A stretch of 64,000 nt of DNA from Octopus vulgaris. Taxonomy: Eukaryota. Shown here in pieces: positions 1-12,518 of the stretch; position 1 is the stretch's first letter, and each line of letters starts with the position of its first letter. Where the stretch lies: contig OX597817.1 of the NCBI GenBank assembly GCA_951406725.2, positions 154,256,001 through 154,320,000 of the forward strand, in the 5' to 3' direction. Below the pieces are notes generated by a model. It saw nothing but the letters and a program-made list of their open reading frames with translations. It was not told the DNA's origin and searched no databases. The position numbers and the translations under genes were made by a program.

Positions 1-2
1 TG

Positions 3-2654
3 CCTCACAAACGGCGACCACACCTGTTCACCGTCGTCTACATAGAGCCAGAGATGCCGCAGTCTCAGCGCGTGTCTGCGCATCATCAACCACGGCATGC
101 CCAGCCCTCCTTTTAACGGGTGTTGACAGCAAATGGATCGCCTGACCATCGGGACGCATCCTTTCCACAAGAAGCGAAAGAGGATGCGTTGTAGTTTGGT
201 GATGGTAGGGTCGGGACAAGGTACGACGGTCAGGCGGTAGTAGATGACGGACGCGATGTACGTGTTCGCCACCTCCGCTCGACCTTTTAGGGACAGTTTC
301 CTCTCGGCCCATTGCCGGGCGAGAGTGACCACCCTACTCGTTATCTCGTTCCAGTTCTTCTCCACTTGGAGGTCCGGACCAAACCAGACCCCGAGCAACT
401 CAACCGGGCCGTCGGTCCAGCGTCCCACGACGGAGGCGCTGGTGGACGGCATGGGCTTGCTTCTCCAGGTGCCTAGTCGCAAGCCCACTGACTTTTCCCG
501 GTTGATTTTCGCTCCTGTCACCGCTTCGTAGTTTTTCAGTGTTTCGCCGACCAGCTCGATGTGCTCGTGGCTAGACACTATGACGGTGACGTCGTCCGCG
601 TATGCAGACACGCTCGTCCCGTATCCCAATTCTCGCGGGATGCCCCTTAGAGTCGCCAGCTTCCGCAGTAGTGGCTCAAGAGTCAATACGTATAGAAGCG
701 CCGAGAGGGGGCATCCCTGACGGACCGAACGTGCAATGTCGAAAGGTCTCGATAGATGTCCATTTACGCGAATTACCGAACGGATGCCTCTGTACAAGGC
801 AGCTATCCATCCGCGGAAAACGGGACCGAAACCAGCCGCTCTCAGGACTGCCCCCAAGTATCGATGGTCCACCCTATCAAAGGCTTTCGATTGATCCAAG
901 TTGATCAGGGCCCCACCCATGCCAGGTTCGTTAACTACCCTGTCTATGATGTAGCGCATCAGATGGAGGTTGTCATGGATGGTCCGGCCTGGCACGGCGC
1001 ATGTTTGCGCCTTGTCGACCAGTTTCTCGATGACAAGCGCCAACCTCTTGGCTAGCACCTTGGCCAAAATTTTCAAGTCTGCATTAAGCAGAGTGATGGG
1101 CCTAAAGTTATCTATTACATTTCCCTTGTTTAGATCTTTCTTCAGCAGTGTTACGGCTCCTCGGCTCACAAAACCAGGAATGCTCCCGTTTTGCTGCCAG
1201 TTGCAGTACACCGCCGCCAAGAGATCTCCAAACAAGTCTGGCATACAATTGTAAAGCTCGTAGGGTAGACCATCCAAACCCGGTGATTTGTCCCTCGAGC
1301 ATTCTGCCATCGCTTCCCGCACTTCCGCCGCCGTGATGGCACCTTCGCAGCACCCTGCCTTTCTTGTCGAGAGTCGTGGTAGGCTATGTAGGTAGGCACT
1401 GAAGTCCACCCTACGTTCTTGCCCTCCACTCGTTCCGAACAGTCGGGCAAAATGCTGCTGAAAGGCTTCACACATTTTACTTGGCTCGAGCAATTCGCGC
1501 CCCTGTTCATCTACCAGTGACCGAATGGTGGCTTTGTTGCCCTGTTGCGCCTCTGCCACCCGGGCCTCTCTCGCGGCTCCAACACCTTCGTTCCTTAGAG
1601 CACGCATCCTAGCTCTGACAGCACATCCTTCGTGTTTGGCGTTGAAGTGTTGGTCGAGGGCCAACCTCGCCGCCAAAACGTCGGATGCGATGCCGCTTCT
1701 AATTGCCTCTTCTAGCTTCTTAACTAGCTCACCCTCTACTCTATTTCTATCTATGGCTAGTGCTTTGCTGTACCTAATCGCTTCTGCTTTTACTGCTCTC
1801 TTGAGGGCAAACCACCATTTGTTGTTGATGATGGCTCCCGTCAAAGCCCTCTTTACTAGTGTGCTAATCCGGTCTCTGAAAACTTGTCTCGATGGGAAAG
1901 ACGCGTTTAGTTTCCAGTATCCGGGACCCTGCCTAAGTGTCTTACCTAAGTCTAGCGTACATGTCACAAGTTTGTGATCCGTGTAGCTGACTATGTGGAA
2001 TTGTGGACATCCTATGCTATCTCTATCTACTGTCCTACACAGTATCCTATCTAGATACGATCTCGATGACCCGATGCGGTTGCTCCATGTCCACGTTGGC
2101 GCATTCGGGTGGTCTAGTCGGAACCTGTCAGACAGTTGAAAGCGTCTGAGCAGGTCTCTGAGGCATTTGCATCCCCGTCTATTCCTATCTCTACCCACGT
2201 AGTCTACATGCGTGTCCAAGGTAGCATTCCAATCCCCCACTAAGAGTAAAGGACGAGACGTTCCCAAGAAAACTTCTAGACGTTGAAAGAAATCCGCCCG
2301 ACCTGTTAAGGGCGGTGCGTAAACTGATACGAGTCGAAAAGCGCACCCATTGCTGCCGTCGACATCCAGGACGACCAGTCTACCCTCCGGGTCTACGAAT
2401 ATTGTCCTTACTTTGAGATCCAGACTCTTGTGAAAAAGTACCGCGGTGCCACTACCGCCCATTCTCGGCAGACAGGGGGGAAAATAAATGTTGAACTGTC
2501 CGCCAAACATGGTCTTTAGGGCCCGCGGATTGTGGAGTCTGGTCTCGCTTATGGCTATGATTTCTAACTTATGTGACTTTATGTCATTTAAGAGGTACCC
2601 TTGTTTCCAAGGGGACCCCAAGCCACGCGCATTTACACAACCAATCTTGATCAT
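3..2654 (-). CDS. Tx1/L1-type non-LTR retrotransposon ORF2 (APE endonuclease + reverse transcriptase), running off the left window edge
   Basis: Manual translation from ATG at 2654: MIKIGCVNARGLGSPWKQGYLLNDIKSHKLEIIAISETRL (APE N-terminus). Further on: NFRPITLLNADLKILAK, QTCAVPGRTI, DQSKAFDRV, SVRQGCPLS (~720) and AYADD (~605-591); the last two were checked to be in frame with the ATG. The ORF track lists nothing in this frame, consistent with no stop before the edge. Confidence 0.93.
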   Translation of the reverse strand, partial: MIKIGCVNARGLGSPWKQGYLLNDIKSHKLEIIAISETRLHNPRALKTMFGGQFNIYFPPCLPRMGGSGTAVLFHKSLDLKVRTIFVDPEGRLVVLDVDGSNGCAFRLVSVYAPPLTGRADFFQRLEVFLGTSRPLLLVGDWNATLDTHVDYVGRDRNRRGCKCLRDLLRRFQLSDRFRLDHPNAPTWTWSNRIGSSRSYLDRILCRTVDRDSIGCPQFHIVSYTDHKLVTCTLDLGKTLRQGPGYWKLNASFPSRQVFRDRISTLVKRALTGAIINNKWWFALKRAVKAEAIRYSKALAIDRNRVEGELVKKLEEAIRSGIASDVLAARLALDQHFNAKHEGCAVRARMRALRNEGVGAAREARVAEAQQGNKATIRSLVDEQGRELLEPSKMCEAFQQHFARLFGTSGGQERRVDFSAYLHSLPRLSTRKAGCCEGAITAAEVREAMAECSRDKSPGLDGLPYELYNCMPDLFGDLLAAVYCNWQQNGSIPGFVSRGAVTLLKKDLNKGNVIDNFRPITLLNADLKILAKVLAKRLALVIEKLVDKAQTCAVPGRTIHDNLHLMRYIIDRVVNEPGMGGALINLDQSKAFDRVDHRYLGAVLRAAGFGPVFRGWIAALYRGIRSVIRVNGHLSRPFDIARSVRQGCPLSALLYVLTLEPLLRKLATLRGIPRELGYGTSVSAYADDVTVIVSSHEHIELVGETLKNYEAVTGAKINREKSVGLRLGTWRSKPMPSTSASVVGRWTDGPVELLGVWFGPDLQVEKNWNEITSRVVTLARQWAERKLSLKGRAEVANTYIASVIYYRLTVVPCPDPTITKLQRILFRFLWKGCVPMVRRSICCQHPLKGGLGMPWLMMRRHALRLRHLWLYVDDGEQVWSPFVR

Positions 2655-3089
2655 AGTTCTAATGAATTAGAATACAGAGGGTTACTTACTGCTTTCTCCT
2701 CCGTTTTTGCTTTCTCCTCCGTTGGTTTGTCCTCGAGTAGATCCCAGTACAGTTTCTTTGTGAGATATTTTTGGCATTTACCAACCGCACTGGGGAAAAT
2801 GCCTTTGAGTGTGTGGTGCAGACTTTTGGAGATGTGTAATATTTTGATGTGGTCTGGTGGTGTTGTGTATGGGTGATTGTTTGTTTTTATGTCATCTTCT
2901 GTTATGTTTGTTTTTGATTGGATGTATTCCATTAAATTTGTGTTTTTGGTGTCTATGGCTGTGAGCATGTTTGCTGTATATGTTTTGGTGGTGTTGGTGT
3001 GGCTGTTGTTTGCGTTGGGTTTTGAAATGTCTTCGGGAGATGTATTTCCCCCTGCTTTGTTCGTGTTTGCATTTGGTTTGGTTGTGTTT

Positions 3090-3090
<1 letters not shown>
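2651..3090 (-). CDS. C-terminal remnant of Tx1 ORF1 (T/N/K-rich), 5'-truncated at a (TATC)n tract
   Basis: The ORF 2651..2968 frame stays open upstream to ~3090 (INTTKPNANTNKAGGNTSPED...). Its TGA overlaps the ORF2 ATG (ATGA). Confidence 0.7.
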
Positions 3091-3614
<524 letters not shown>

Positions 3615-3765
3615 AATTAAGGACTGAACACGAAAAGTGGACAGTCAACATGCTAGATATAGACGTCAAATCGCCATTCACCACAAAAGATTATGTTCTC
3701 AGATCAAACTCAACACAAAACCATAGCAATAAACAAGTGAAAAATATACGAAATAAAATAATTAC

Positions 3766-3830
3766 CCATGTACTAACTTAGTTTCAGCTGTTATTTTCCG
3801 CAAGGAAAACTGCAGCCATCATCAGCATGG
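3766..3830 (-). ncRNA. Type I hammerhead ribozyme in a ~350-bp non-coding unit (3612-3965)
   Basis: Minus strand: ccatg-CTGATGA-t-ggctg cag ttttcc ttgc ggaaaa taa cagct-GAAA-ctaa g ttag-TA-catgg. Stems I, II and III all pair; cleavage triplet GUA. Confidence 0.85.
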
Positions 3831-3966
3831 TCCGTTATAAATGTAATTTGCTGGACTAGATGCAAACACGATACCGAAATATCGCGTGCATGGAGTTCAG
3901 CCTATTACATTTGAATATATCTTTCAATATATGGTCTTAATTGATAAATATCAATTTCTACCCTTA

Positions 3967-4009
<43 letters not shown>

Positions 4010-4080
4010 ATGGATGCATGCATACATATACATAAATACATACACACACACACACACACAGACACACACACTATATATAT

Positions 4081-4373
4081 TGTTAAAGGCCGAAACCGAG
4101 GTATGCAATTAATTCTGTTTTTTATATAAATTTTCATCTGTCCTGCCCGCCAAATTTGGTTCTGGTGTTCGCTGAATTTTTTTTCTAGAGAATTTTCTTT
4201 GTAGTTTGATCGATGATGATCTATTTCTAGCATACGGCCGACTACCTAGCAGTCTTGCCCTGCCAATATACACATATATTAGAATTTTCTCTGATTTCTC
4301 AGATTATTTGTATGCTAGACTACTGGTTTTAAACTGATATTAAAATTAATATTAATTTATCTCCCTCATTATT

Positions 4374-4375
<2 letters not shown>
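4081..4375 (+). mobile_element. Related non-coding unit carrying only the 3' half of an HHR (GAAA-CCGAGG-TA at 4092-4103)
   Basis: Shares a motif (cgat..tgatctatttctagcat) with the reverse complement of 3648-3675; the 5' half is missing at the microsatellite. Confidence 0.45.
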
Positions 4376-4411
<36 letters not shown>

Positions 4412-4413
4412 TG

Positions 4414-4459
<46 letters not shown>

Positions 4460-4911
4460 TGCATGCATACATACATATACATACATATATGTATATATAT
4501 ATGTGTGTGTGTGTATGTATATGTATATATATGGATCAGGATCCGTGTAAGAAGTACTCCGTAAGAACGTAGTGTGCTCAGTTTATTTAAGCTGGTCCAG
4601 TCGCCTGTTGCACAAGACTTTCGATGGCATGTAGCCGCCGCTTCTGACAAGATAGACTGGGCTCATTCTGACTTGTAAGAAGAAGCGGTTGCACGTGGAA
4701 GTAATTCCAGAGAAGCAGACCATTGCACCTGTTTCAATGACCACAAGAACACGACAAGGGAAAATAGGCTTAGAAACGTGTCTGTTTCACACATGATTGA
4801 TGTTATCAGTAATTAGCACAGTGGTGCTATTTACTACAACAGAGAAATGATGCGACCCAATAAAGTAGTAAATAATGCTTACCATATGTAGACAGATAGA
4901 AAGAAAGAAGT

Positions 4912-4964
<53 letters not shown>

Positions 4965-5081
4965 GGATGGATGGATGGATGGATGGATGGATGGATGGAT
5001 GGATGGATGGATGGATGGATGGATAGATAGATAGGTAGATAGATAGATAGATAGATAGATAGATGGATGGATGGATGGATG

Positions 5082-5152
<71 letters not shown>

Positions 5153-5189
5153 GGATGGATGGATGGATGGATGGATGGATGGATGGATG

Positions 5190-5232
<43 letters not shown>

Positions 5233-5337
5233 GGATGGATGGATGGATGGATGGATGGATGGATGGATGGATGGATGGATGGATGGATGGATGGATGGAT
5301 AGATGGATGGATGGATGGATGGATGGATGGATGGATG

Positions 5338-5411
<74 letters not shown>

Positions 5412-5430
5412 CAGATAGATAGACAGACAT
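4912..5430. repeat. Compound (TAGA)n/(TGGA)n microsatellite
   Basis: Direct reading. Confidence 0.97.
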
Positions 5431-6289
5431 ACAAACATTTTGGCGCCAGGTCACCAAATTCTTGTGTAATCACCCTATGTGACACTGTTGAAATTATCTC
5501 ATTCTTGGCAGTGTCATCAGAAATATTGATTTTTATATTACTACATAGTCTATCTCTGAAAACGCTGACCAATATTACATGTGAAGCACCTTATTAAAGT
5601 TGATGTCAATTATATAACGGAAGATGCTGATGAGCTAACAAAGGAAACTGAAGATGATCGCTCGACTTATTAAAAATCAGCGCTGGCCGGTGTCTTTATA
5701 ACAACAACGAATGTGTTATAAACACACGGTTATAAGTTCATCGGAGAGGAAAATGAGATCGAATGACATGTTTATCTCTATAGATAATAGATGTGTAGGT
5801 AAATCCAGCCGGGAAATGAAACAGTGTCTCGAATTAAGCTCACTGGGTGATTCCCTCTGTTTCAACAGCGATCAACATTGTCATACAAAATGTTATTGCT
5901 CAGGAGACTTATAAAATAGACAAATGAGTTTACCGTAATATGTTTGGTCCTTATTTTACTGAGTCAGAAGGAATGAAAATGTGTTCAAATCCTACCGAAG
6001 TGCGATTCAAACAGTGGCTAGTTTTGTATATTAGCGTTTATCTCCGTGCGACATCGTTAAAATTAAGCTGTAAGTTGAAAGATATTCAGTGTCGTGCACA
6101 AACGTTTTTGATGTATCAACGTCCATGAGTGCATAATTTTATGAACCCCCAAAATGAAGAGTCCAAGAGATGAAAGAACAATGCAAGATTATTATAGTAG
6201 TTGATTGTTAGAGACATGCTATCTGCAATGATTTGAATTAATTTTATTTTGATGCTTAATTCTGTCAGGTTTAAAGTATTATTAAATGG

Positions 6290-6700
6290 TCTCGAATGTC
6301 TCGTGATGATCGCGAATACAATCGGCCGAAATGGGATTCTACCGTAGGATATCTTGAATAAGGTTACTCGACAGTGTGCATAGCTCGAAGACCAGAAACT
6401 TTTTCCAGTTTGAGCCCCTAATTTTCCACTTTAAGATGTCACAACTCCGGCACGATGGACATGTGATTAGAATGCCACAGGAAAGAATCGCAAGACGAAT
6501 TCGTCAAACCGAACTAGCCAGCAAGAAACCTGGGGATTTACCAAAAAAGAAATGATTGAATAATATCCATAGTCTCATGTTGGTTACGATAGAAAATCCA
6601 GCCAGAAAGTCTAATAACAGTTGCTCCTAGTAGGAGGGTATGCCTGAAAATTCTATCCCCACTATCCGCCTAAGAATAGTGGGCGTAGAAGATTGCTTAT
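6290..6700 (+). pseudogene. Decayed RTE-type LINE 3' fragment
   Basis: QLRHDGHVIRMPQERIARRI...KKPG..PKKK resembles the RTE C-terminal LRWxGHVxRM...RPRGRPxxRW region. Confidence 0.6.
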
Positions 6701-6929
6701 TTGCTTGCTTGCTGGATAGATGGATGGATGGATGAATGGAGTATATTTAATTTATCTTCATAATGTGTATGTCGAGTGTAAGCCGCTAAAAGGCATTGAA
6801 GCTAATCATAGACCAAATGGAAACACCCTATACATACACATCATCAATACTACTAACATAATATATTTTTTCAAAATAATTATGTGAATATTTATGTCGT
6901 ATATATGTTTACATACATATATATATATA

Positions 6930-6981
<52 letters not shown>

Positions 6982-7032
6982 CACACACACACACATATAT
7001 ATATATACATATACATATACACACACACACAT

Positions 7033-7079
<47 letters not shown>

Positions 7080-8424
7080 CTGTAAAATCTTTCTAGCTCC
7101 TTTGCTGCCTACTCCAGACAGAATACATATTCTTTGTCCAAGGAGAAAATTATTTAAAATCTGACTGTTAAACCAGCGCAATGGATTTATTAATTACATT
7201 GAAAGAAATTTTGTAGTTTCTAATAAAATCCAACCGTTTTATGAAAGAACTATTCCTTTAACTAAGTAATGTAAAATATTTCACAGAATCAATTGCTATA
7301 AATGCAAAACCTAATGCCGTGAACTAATCAGTTTAGATTTAGAAACTATTTTCTGCTTTATAATTAACTCTGCGAGATCACTACGGCCTAATGTATTTAC
7401 TGGTTTTAGTCTTCACAATCCTAATCTTCAAACTCTTAAATTCTTCAGAACTCAGGTAGATCTTTATTTCTATTGTCCTATTTTATTTTCTCTATTTTTT
7501 CTCTCTTTTCTGTATTACTCGAAATGTTATTGTTTTTGCTTCTGTTTGCACACGACCAGGCAATTATCTTGTGTCTTTTCCTAGAAGGAAATCACGATGT
7601 GTTTTATTATTTCTGCTTTGGACACTAAGCTTTGATTAAATTAGATATAAATCATTTATGGCGTAGAATCACTTTGTCAATGTAATCTCTTGTCTTGAGA
7701 GCACGGTTCTCTCAGTAATGATATTTGATCTTCCAATAGGGAAAAGAAGATTAAGACTTACTTGATCATGTGTTGTTTTGTAATAATCAGAAAAATGTAC
7801 TTGAAACCAACTTTTACTTTAAAATGACAAGGAAGGTATCAAAGGAAAGTTTCAATATTAAACACAGTTTAATGAAAAATTTCACATCTATACGGATATA
7901 CTTTAGATATGCCTAAAGTTATCGAAGTTTTGCATGCTAAATCTTAGTTGTTAATCCATCAGCTGCAAAATCGAATAAATTTGAGAGACACCATAGTTAA
8001 ATCCATATCTCAAATTTATTTTTCATTTAAATAATATTCAGATTCCCATTTAATTTCCTTATAGAAGAATTGTTATGCTTTCAATTCTATCATGGAAATT
8101 CAAATTTGTATAATAAAACGAGAATCATGATTCTTAAAATACTTCCCACTTACTGATGGTGTGGCCGATGGGAATTCATTTCTATAATTATCAGAAATAT
8201 CTATTTAATAATTATCTTTAGCCATTCTTAAACGATCATAAATTATATTTACCAAGTTCTATAATTTGGAGATGGTTTTTTTGAAAGCCTTGAGGAGTTT
8301 AGACAAACAAATGAACTCTACTAATTATTTCTAATTATTTTTAAATCACTTTTGCCGAACCGCTATGTTACAAGACGTAAATTAACCAACAAGAGTTGTC
8401 AAGAGGCAGGTGGATAAAAATATT

Positions 8425-8760
8425 TAAAAAAAGGGAAAAAAGAAGCAGAAAAACGTATGTATATATAAATATATAATAATGTCAAATAGTATCATACTTA
8501 TCTATAATACTGCAATATAAAAACTTAAAGTTATAAAATTTAAGTCAAGTAGAAGCAAATAGTGGCAAAATATGTATTAGCCGAAGTTATAAGGAAGGGG
8601 TAAATAATTTCTGAATATAATAATGATAATAACAATAATAATAATAATAACGTATTGTATATGTTTATAATCATAATGCAATAAAATGTAATTTCAATAA
8701 ATGAAGGAAAGCAAATCCAGAATGATATGGACAGAGAAAATATTAAAATACAAGCTATAT
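8425..8760 (-). repeat. Left arm of a ~335-bp diverged inverted repeat (right arm 10443-10704 + 11312-11375)
   Basis: For example, aatactgcaatataaaaacttaaagttataaaatttaagtcaagtagaagcaaa is the reverse complement of tttgcttctacttgacttaaattttataactttaagtttttatattgcagtatt. Confidence 0.88.
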
Positions 8761-8870
8761 CCATTGATCCCTTAAGAAAATTTATTTCAAACATTTAAGG
8801 TAGGAAGTAATAATAAACTATTTGACAGGAAATAATTTTTTTAAAATAATCTTTTTAAATTTCAGACATA

Positions 8871-9032
8871 GGCGCAGGAGTGGCTGAGTGGTAAGTAGCT
8901 TGCTTACCAACCACATGGTTCCGGGTTCAGTCCCACTGCGTGGCACCTTGGGCAAGTGTCTTCTACTATAGCCCGGGCCGACCAATGCCTTGTGAGTGGA
9001 TTTGGTAGACGGAAACTGAAAGAAGCCTGTCG

Positions 9033-9067
<35 letters not shown>

Positions 9068-9286
9068 ATATGTTTGTGTGTGTGTGTGTTTGTCCCCCTA
9101 GCATTGCTTGACAACCGATGCTGGTGTGTTTACGTCCCCGTCACTTAGCGGTTCAGCAAAAGAGACAGATAGAATAAGTACTGGGCTTACAAAGAAAAAG
9201 TCCCGGGGTCGATTTGCTCGACTAAAGGCGGTGCTCCAGCATGGCCACAGTCAAGTGACTGAAACAAGGAAGAGAGATAAGAGAGT
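8871..9286 (+). mobile_element. tRNA-derived SINE family A, full length
   Basis: A/B-box head (gtggctgagtggtaag...gggttcagtccc), internal (TA)/(TG)n tract, 3' tail ggcggtgctccagcatggcc...ctgaaacaag; multiple copies in the window. Confidence 0.9.
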
Positions 9287-10015
9287 AACACCGTGTTCCG
9301 TTACGCTAACCGGAAGTAAATATGCTATGAAGCATGCTTAAGTGGGTAAGGTTAATATTAAGATAATAAACAATATATAAGAGAAATACTAATATATAAA
9401 TAAATAAATTGAAAATAAAATAAAATAAATTACAATGAATTATGTAAAATGCCTTCATTCATAGCTGGGATGTAGGGGAAAATATATATAAAGACAGCTA
9501 AGGCGGAACAAATTTAAACGGGGTATATTTTAAATGCAATCAGAGGTAATGAAGATTTATTTATGTATTTAAGCAGTGAATCAGGAATCAGCTCAATATA
9601 CTATTAACTTAGCACATATTAGTACTAAATAATACGAAATAAGGCAAATTTTAGTACTAATAATACTAAATAACAAAACTAATGGTAAAATAAACTTAAT
9701 TATACATCGGAAATAAATTATCTCTGTGTTAAACAGTTAAGGGGAGGCAATATGAGATTTACTTAATTATCATAAATAATTATAACATATTATATAACAT
9801 AAGCTTCATTTAATTTAGTAGATCAGCTTAAATGCAAAATGTAATTTACACAAAGATTATAAAGTATGAAAGAAAAAAGTTAAGTAAATTAAATTAAAAA
9901 TTAAATAAACTAATCGGAGTATATTATAAGAAATAACACATATTCAATTAGGTTGATCAACTTACATGCAAAAAGTAATTAATATAACGGTTATAAAGTT
10001 GAAGGGATAAGTTAA

Positions 10016-10420
10016 GTGGCTGTGTGGTAAGTAGCTTGCTAACCAACCACATGGTTCCGGGTTCAATCCCACTGCGTGGCATCTTGGGCAAGAGTCTTCT
10101 GCTATAGCCCCGGGCCGACCAATGCTTTGTGAGTGGATTTGGTAGAGGGAAACTGAAAGAAGCCTGTCGTATATATGTATATATATATGTATGTGTGTGT
10201 GTGTGTGTGTGTGTGTTTGTGTGTCTGTGTTTGTTCCCCTAGCATTGCTTGACAACCGATGCTGGTGTGTTTACGTCCCCGTAACTTAGCAGTTCGGTAA
10301 AAGAGACCGATAGAATAAGTACTGGGCTTACAAAAATAATAAATCCCGGGGTCGAGTTGCTTGACTAAAGGCGGTGCTCCAGAATGGCCGCAGTCAAATG
10401 ACTGAAACAAGTAAAAGAGT
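10016..10420 (+). mobile_element. SINE family A
   Basis: Collinear with 8871-9286. Confidence 0.9.
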
Positions 10421-10704
10421 AATTAATATTTTATTTAAAAGAATAGCTTGTATTTTGATATTTTCTCTTTCCATATTATTCTGGATTTGCTGTTTATTCA
10501 TTTATCTAAATTAAATTTTATTGCATTATGATTATAAACATAAACGATAAGTTATTATTATCATTATACTTAGAAATTATTTACCCCTTCCTGATAACTT
10601 CGGTTAATACATATTTTGCCACTGTTTGCTTCTACTTGACTTAAATTTTATAACTTTAAGTTTTTATATTGCAGTATTAGAGATAAGTATGATATTGTTT
10701 GACA

Positions 10705-11311
10705 GTGATTGCATCATCCATACTCTCAACAACGCGCCCTTAAATATGGTTTCTGATTACAAATATCTTGGGTCATACATATCATCATCTGGAAAAGACT
10801 TTCTAACTAGAAAGGGTATGGCCTGGTCAGCCTGTAATGACATGCATAAGATCTGGTCATCAAATCTAAGTAGACACTTCAAACTTGAAATCTTCAAAGC
10901 CGCAGTCGAACCAATTCTACTATATGGCTCAGAAGCCTGGACGTTATCAAAGAAGCTTGAGAGGCGGTTGGATGGAACCTACACTCGCCTCCTTATGAGA
11001 GCTCAAAATCTCTCGTGGAAGCGCCATCCAACCAAAATGCAAATATATGGGAAACTACCACCTGTGTCATCTCTTGTGAAAGGTAGGAGAGTCCAGTTTG
11101 CTGGACATTGTTGTAGAGCTGAAAAAGAAGTAATTTCTCCTCTTCTCCTCTGGAAGCCATCTACTCGCAATGCCAGAGGGCGCACACTCTCCTACCCTGA
11201 TGTAATCTCCAGGGATACAGGCATCCAGCAACAGGACCTCCGTAATGCCATGATGGATCGTGAAGTCTGGCGTAGCATGGTAAATTCCATTGTCTCGACC
11301 ACGGTCGAACA
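10705..11311 (+). mobile_element. 5'-truncated RTE-clade LINE with a 16-bp TSD
   Basis: Open frame YKYLGSYI...PILLYGSEAWTL...RRVQFAGHC...RGR. TSD atgatattgtttgaca at 10689-10704 and 11312-11327. It interrupts the inverted-repeat arm. Confidence 0.92.
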
Positions 11312-11324
11312 ATGATATTGTTTG

Positions 11325-11635
11325 ACATTATTATATATTTATATATACATGCGTTTTTCTGCTTCCTTTTTCCCTTTTTTTCTTTTTCTCTTTCTTAATA
11401 CCCTTTAATATCATATTAATATCTTCATTATTTAAGACATAAAATATACACTACCTGTTTCCTCTATGTTGGATTGTGGCATTATAATTTTATATTTATA
11501 AATACATGCGTTTTTCTGCTTCCTTGTTTCCTTTTCTTTGAAATTTTATTAATCTCTTCATTTCTTTCTTTCTGTAAGACATATAATATATACTACCTTC
11601 TCCCCCTATGTTAGACTGAGCCCTTCTATAACCGG
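11325..11635. repeat. Diverged ~150-bp tandem duplication
   Basis: atacatgcgtttttctgcttcc and aagacat...tacc...ctatgtt each occur twice, ~150 bp apart. Confidence 0.7.
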
Positions 11636-11953
11636 CTCTTTTGGTATTTATGCTATCAGTGAACGGTTTTATAACCGTTATCTCAACATCAGCATGTATT
11701 TCTAATCGGTATATCCTTACTACCTCTAAATGATTTGATTATTAAATTAATTATTTAAAAATTACTAAACCGAAGCAGTTGTGAGAAACGTAGTCATACT
11801 TTATAATTAATAAATAATTTTATCAATTACCTCTCCATTTTCTCCTTATTCTTTAAATATATAAATATATGAACCAGGTTTTATATGGTTACCTTATAGT
11901 TGAACCAGTATTTTCATTGGATTTATGATCCCTTAATGAGGTTTATTACCTTT

Positions 11954-12011
<58 letters not shown>

Positions 12012-12012
<1 letters not shown>

Positions 12013-12329
12013 ATATTAGGGAATAAATCCAAACTTACAGGAAAAAATCAGTTTTAGGATTGAATCCAATTTTATAGTAAAATATTATATTATATTAAAT
12101 TAGAGACAAAACTCGCCAAGATAAATATTTAAACCACCTGATGAATGACTGTGACTCGGAATTTTAAAGAAATTAACAGCCATGAAACGATCGTAGTGTG
12201 ATATTAATTATATTTTTTTAATAATTTTATTATATATTTAAATAATATAAATTAAATAATCTTATGTATTGGTTTAAGTTTTTCATTGTATGATTTGCCT
12301 AATAGTGGTTTTGTCTCTAATTTAATATA

Positions 12330-12335
<6 letters not shown>
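12012..12335 (+). mobile_element. PLE pseudo-LTR-like unit with an inverted 3'-end copy, flanked by (TA)n
   Basis: Inverted repeat ttatattaaattagagacaaaac (~12090-12112) / gttttgtctctaatttaatataa (~12308-12330). Related ends occur at 49681 and 51705-52052. Confidence 0.7.
12135..12198 (+). ncRNA. Type I hammerhead ribozyme
   Basis: cac-CTGATGA-atgactgt...acagccat-GAAA-CGATCG-TA-gtg; palindromic stem III ACGATCGT. Confidence 0.82.
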
Positions 12336-12412
<77 letters not shown>

Positions 12413-12480
12413 TACAAAATGGTAAGTATTTATTTATTTTTTCCGTGTTAATTGTTAAGGTAAAAATACACTCATCTATT

Positions 12481-12518
<38 letters not shown>

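Noticed and set aside
28-1977. Several GC-rich ORFs of 60-150 aa
   Set aside because: They are antisense or out-of-frame shadows of the Tx1 ORF2.
4787-5572. 261-aa ORF and similar IYLS/YIYI/MYVC ORFs elsewhere
   Set aside because: They are stop-free translations of microsatellites.
5475-5660. CTGATGA motifs at ~5514(-) and ~5628(+)
   Set aside because: One has a stem but no GAAA; the other has no stem II/III pairing. Neither is an HHR.
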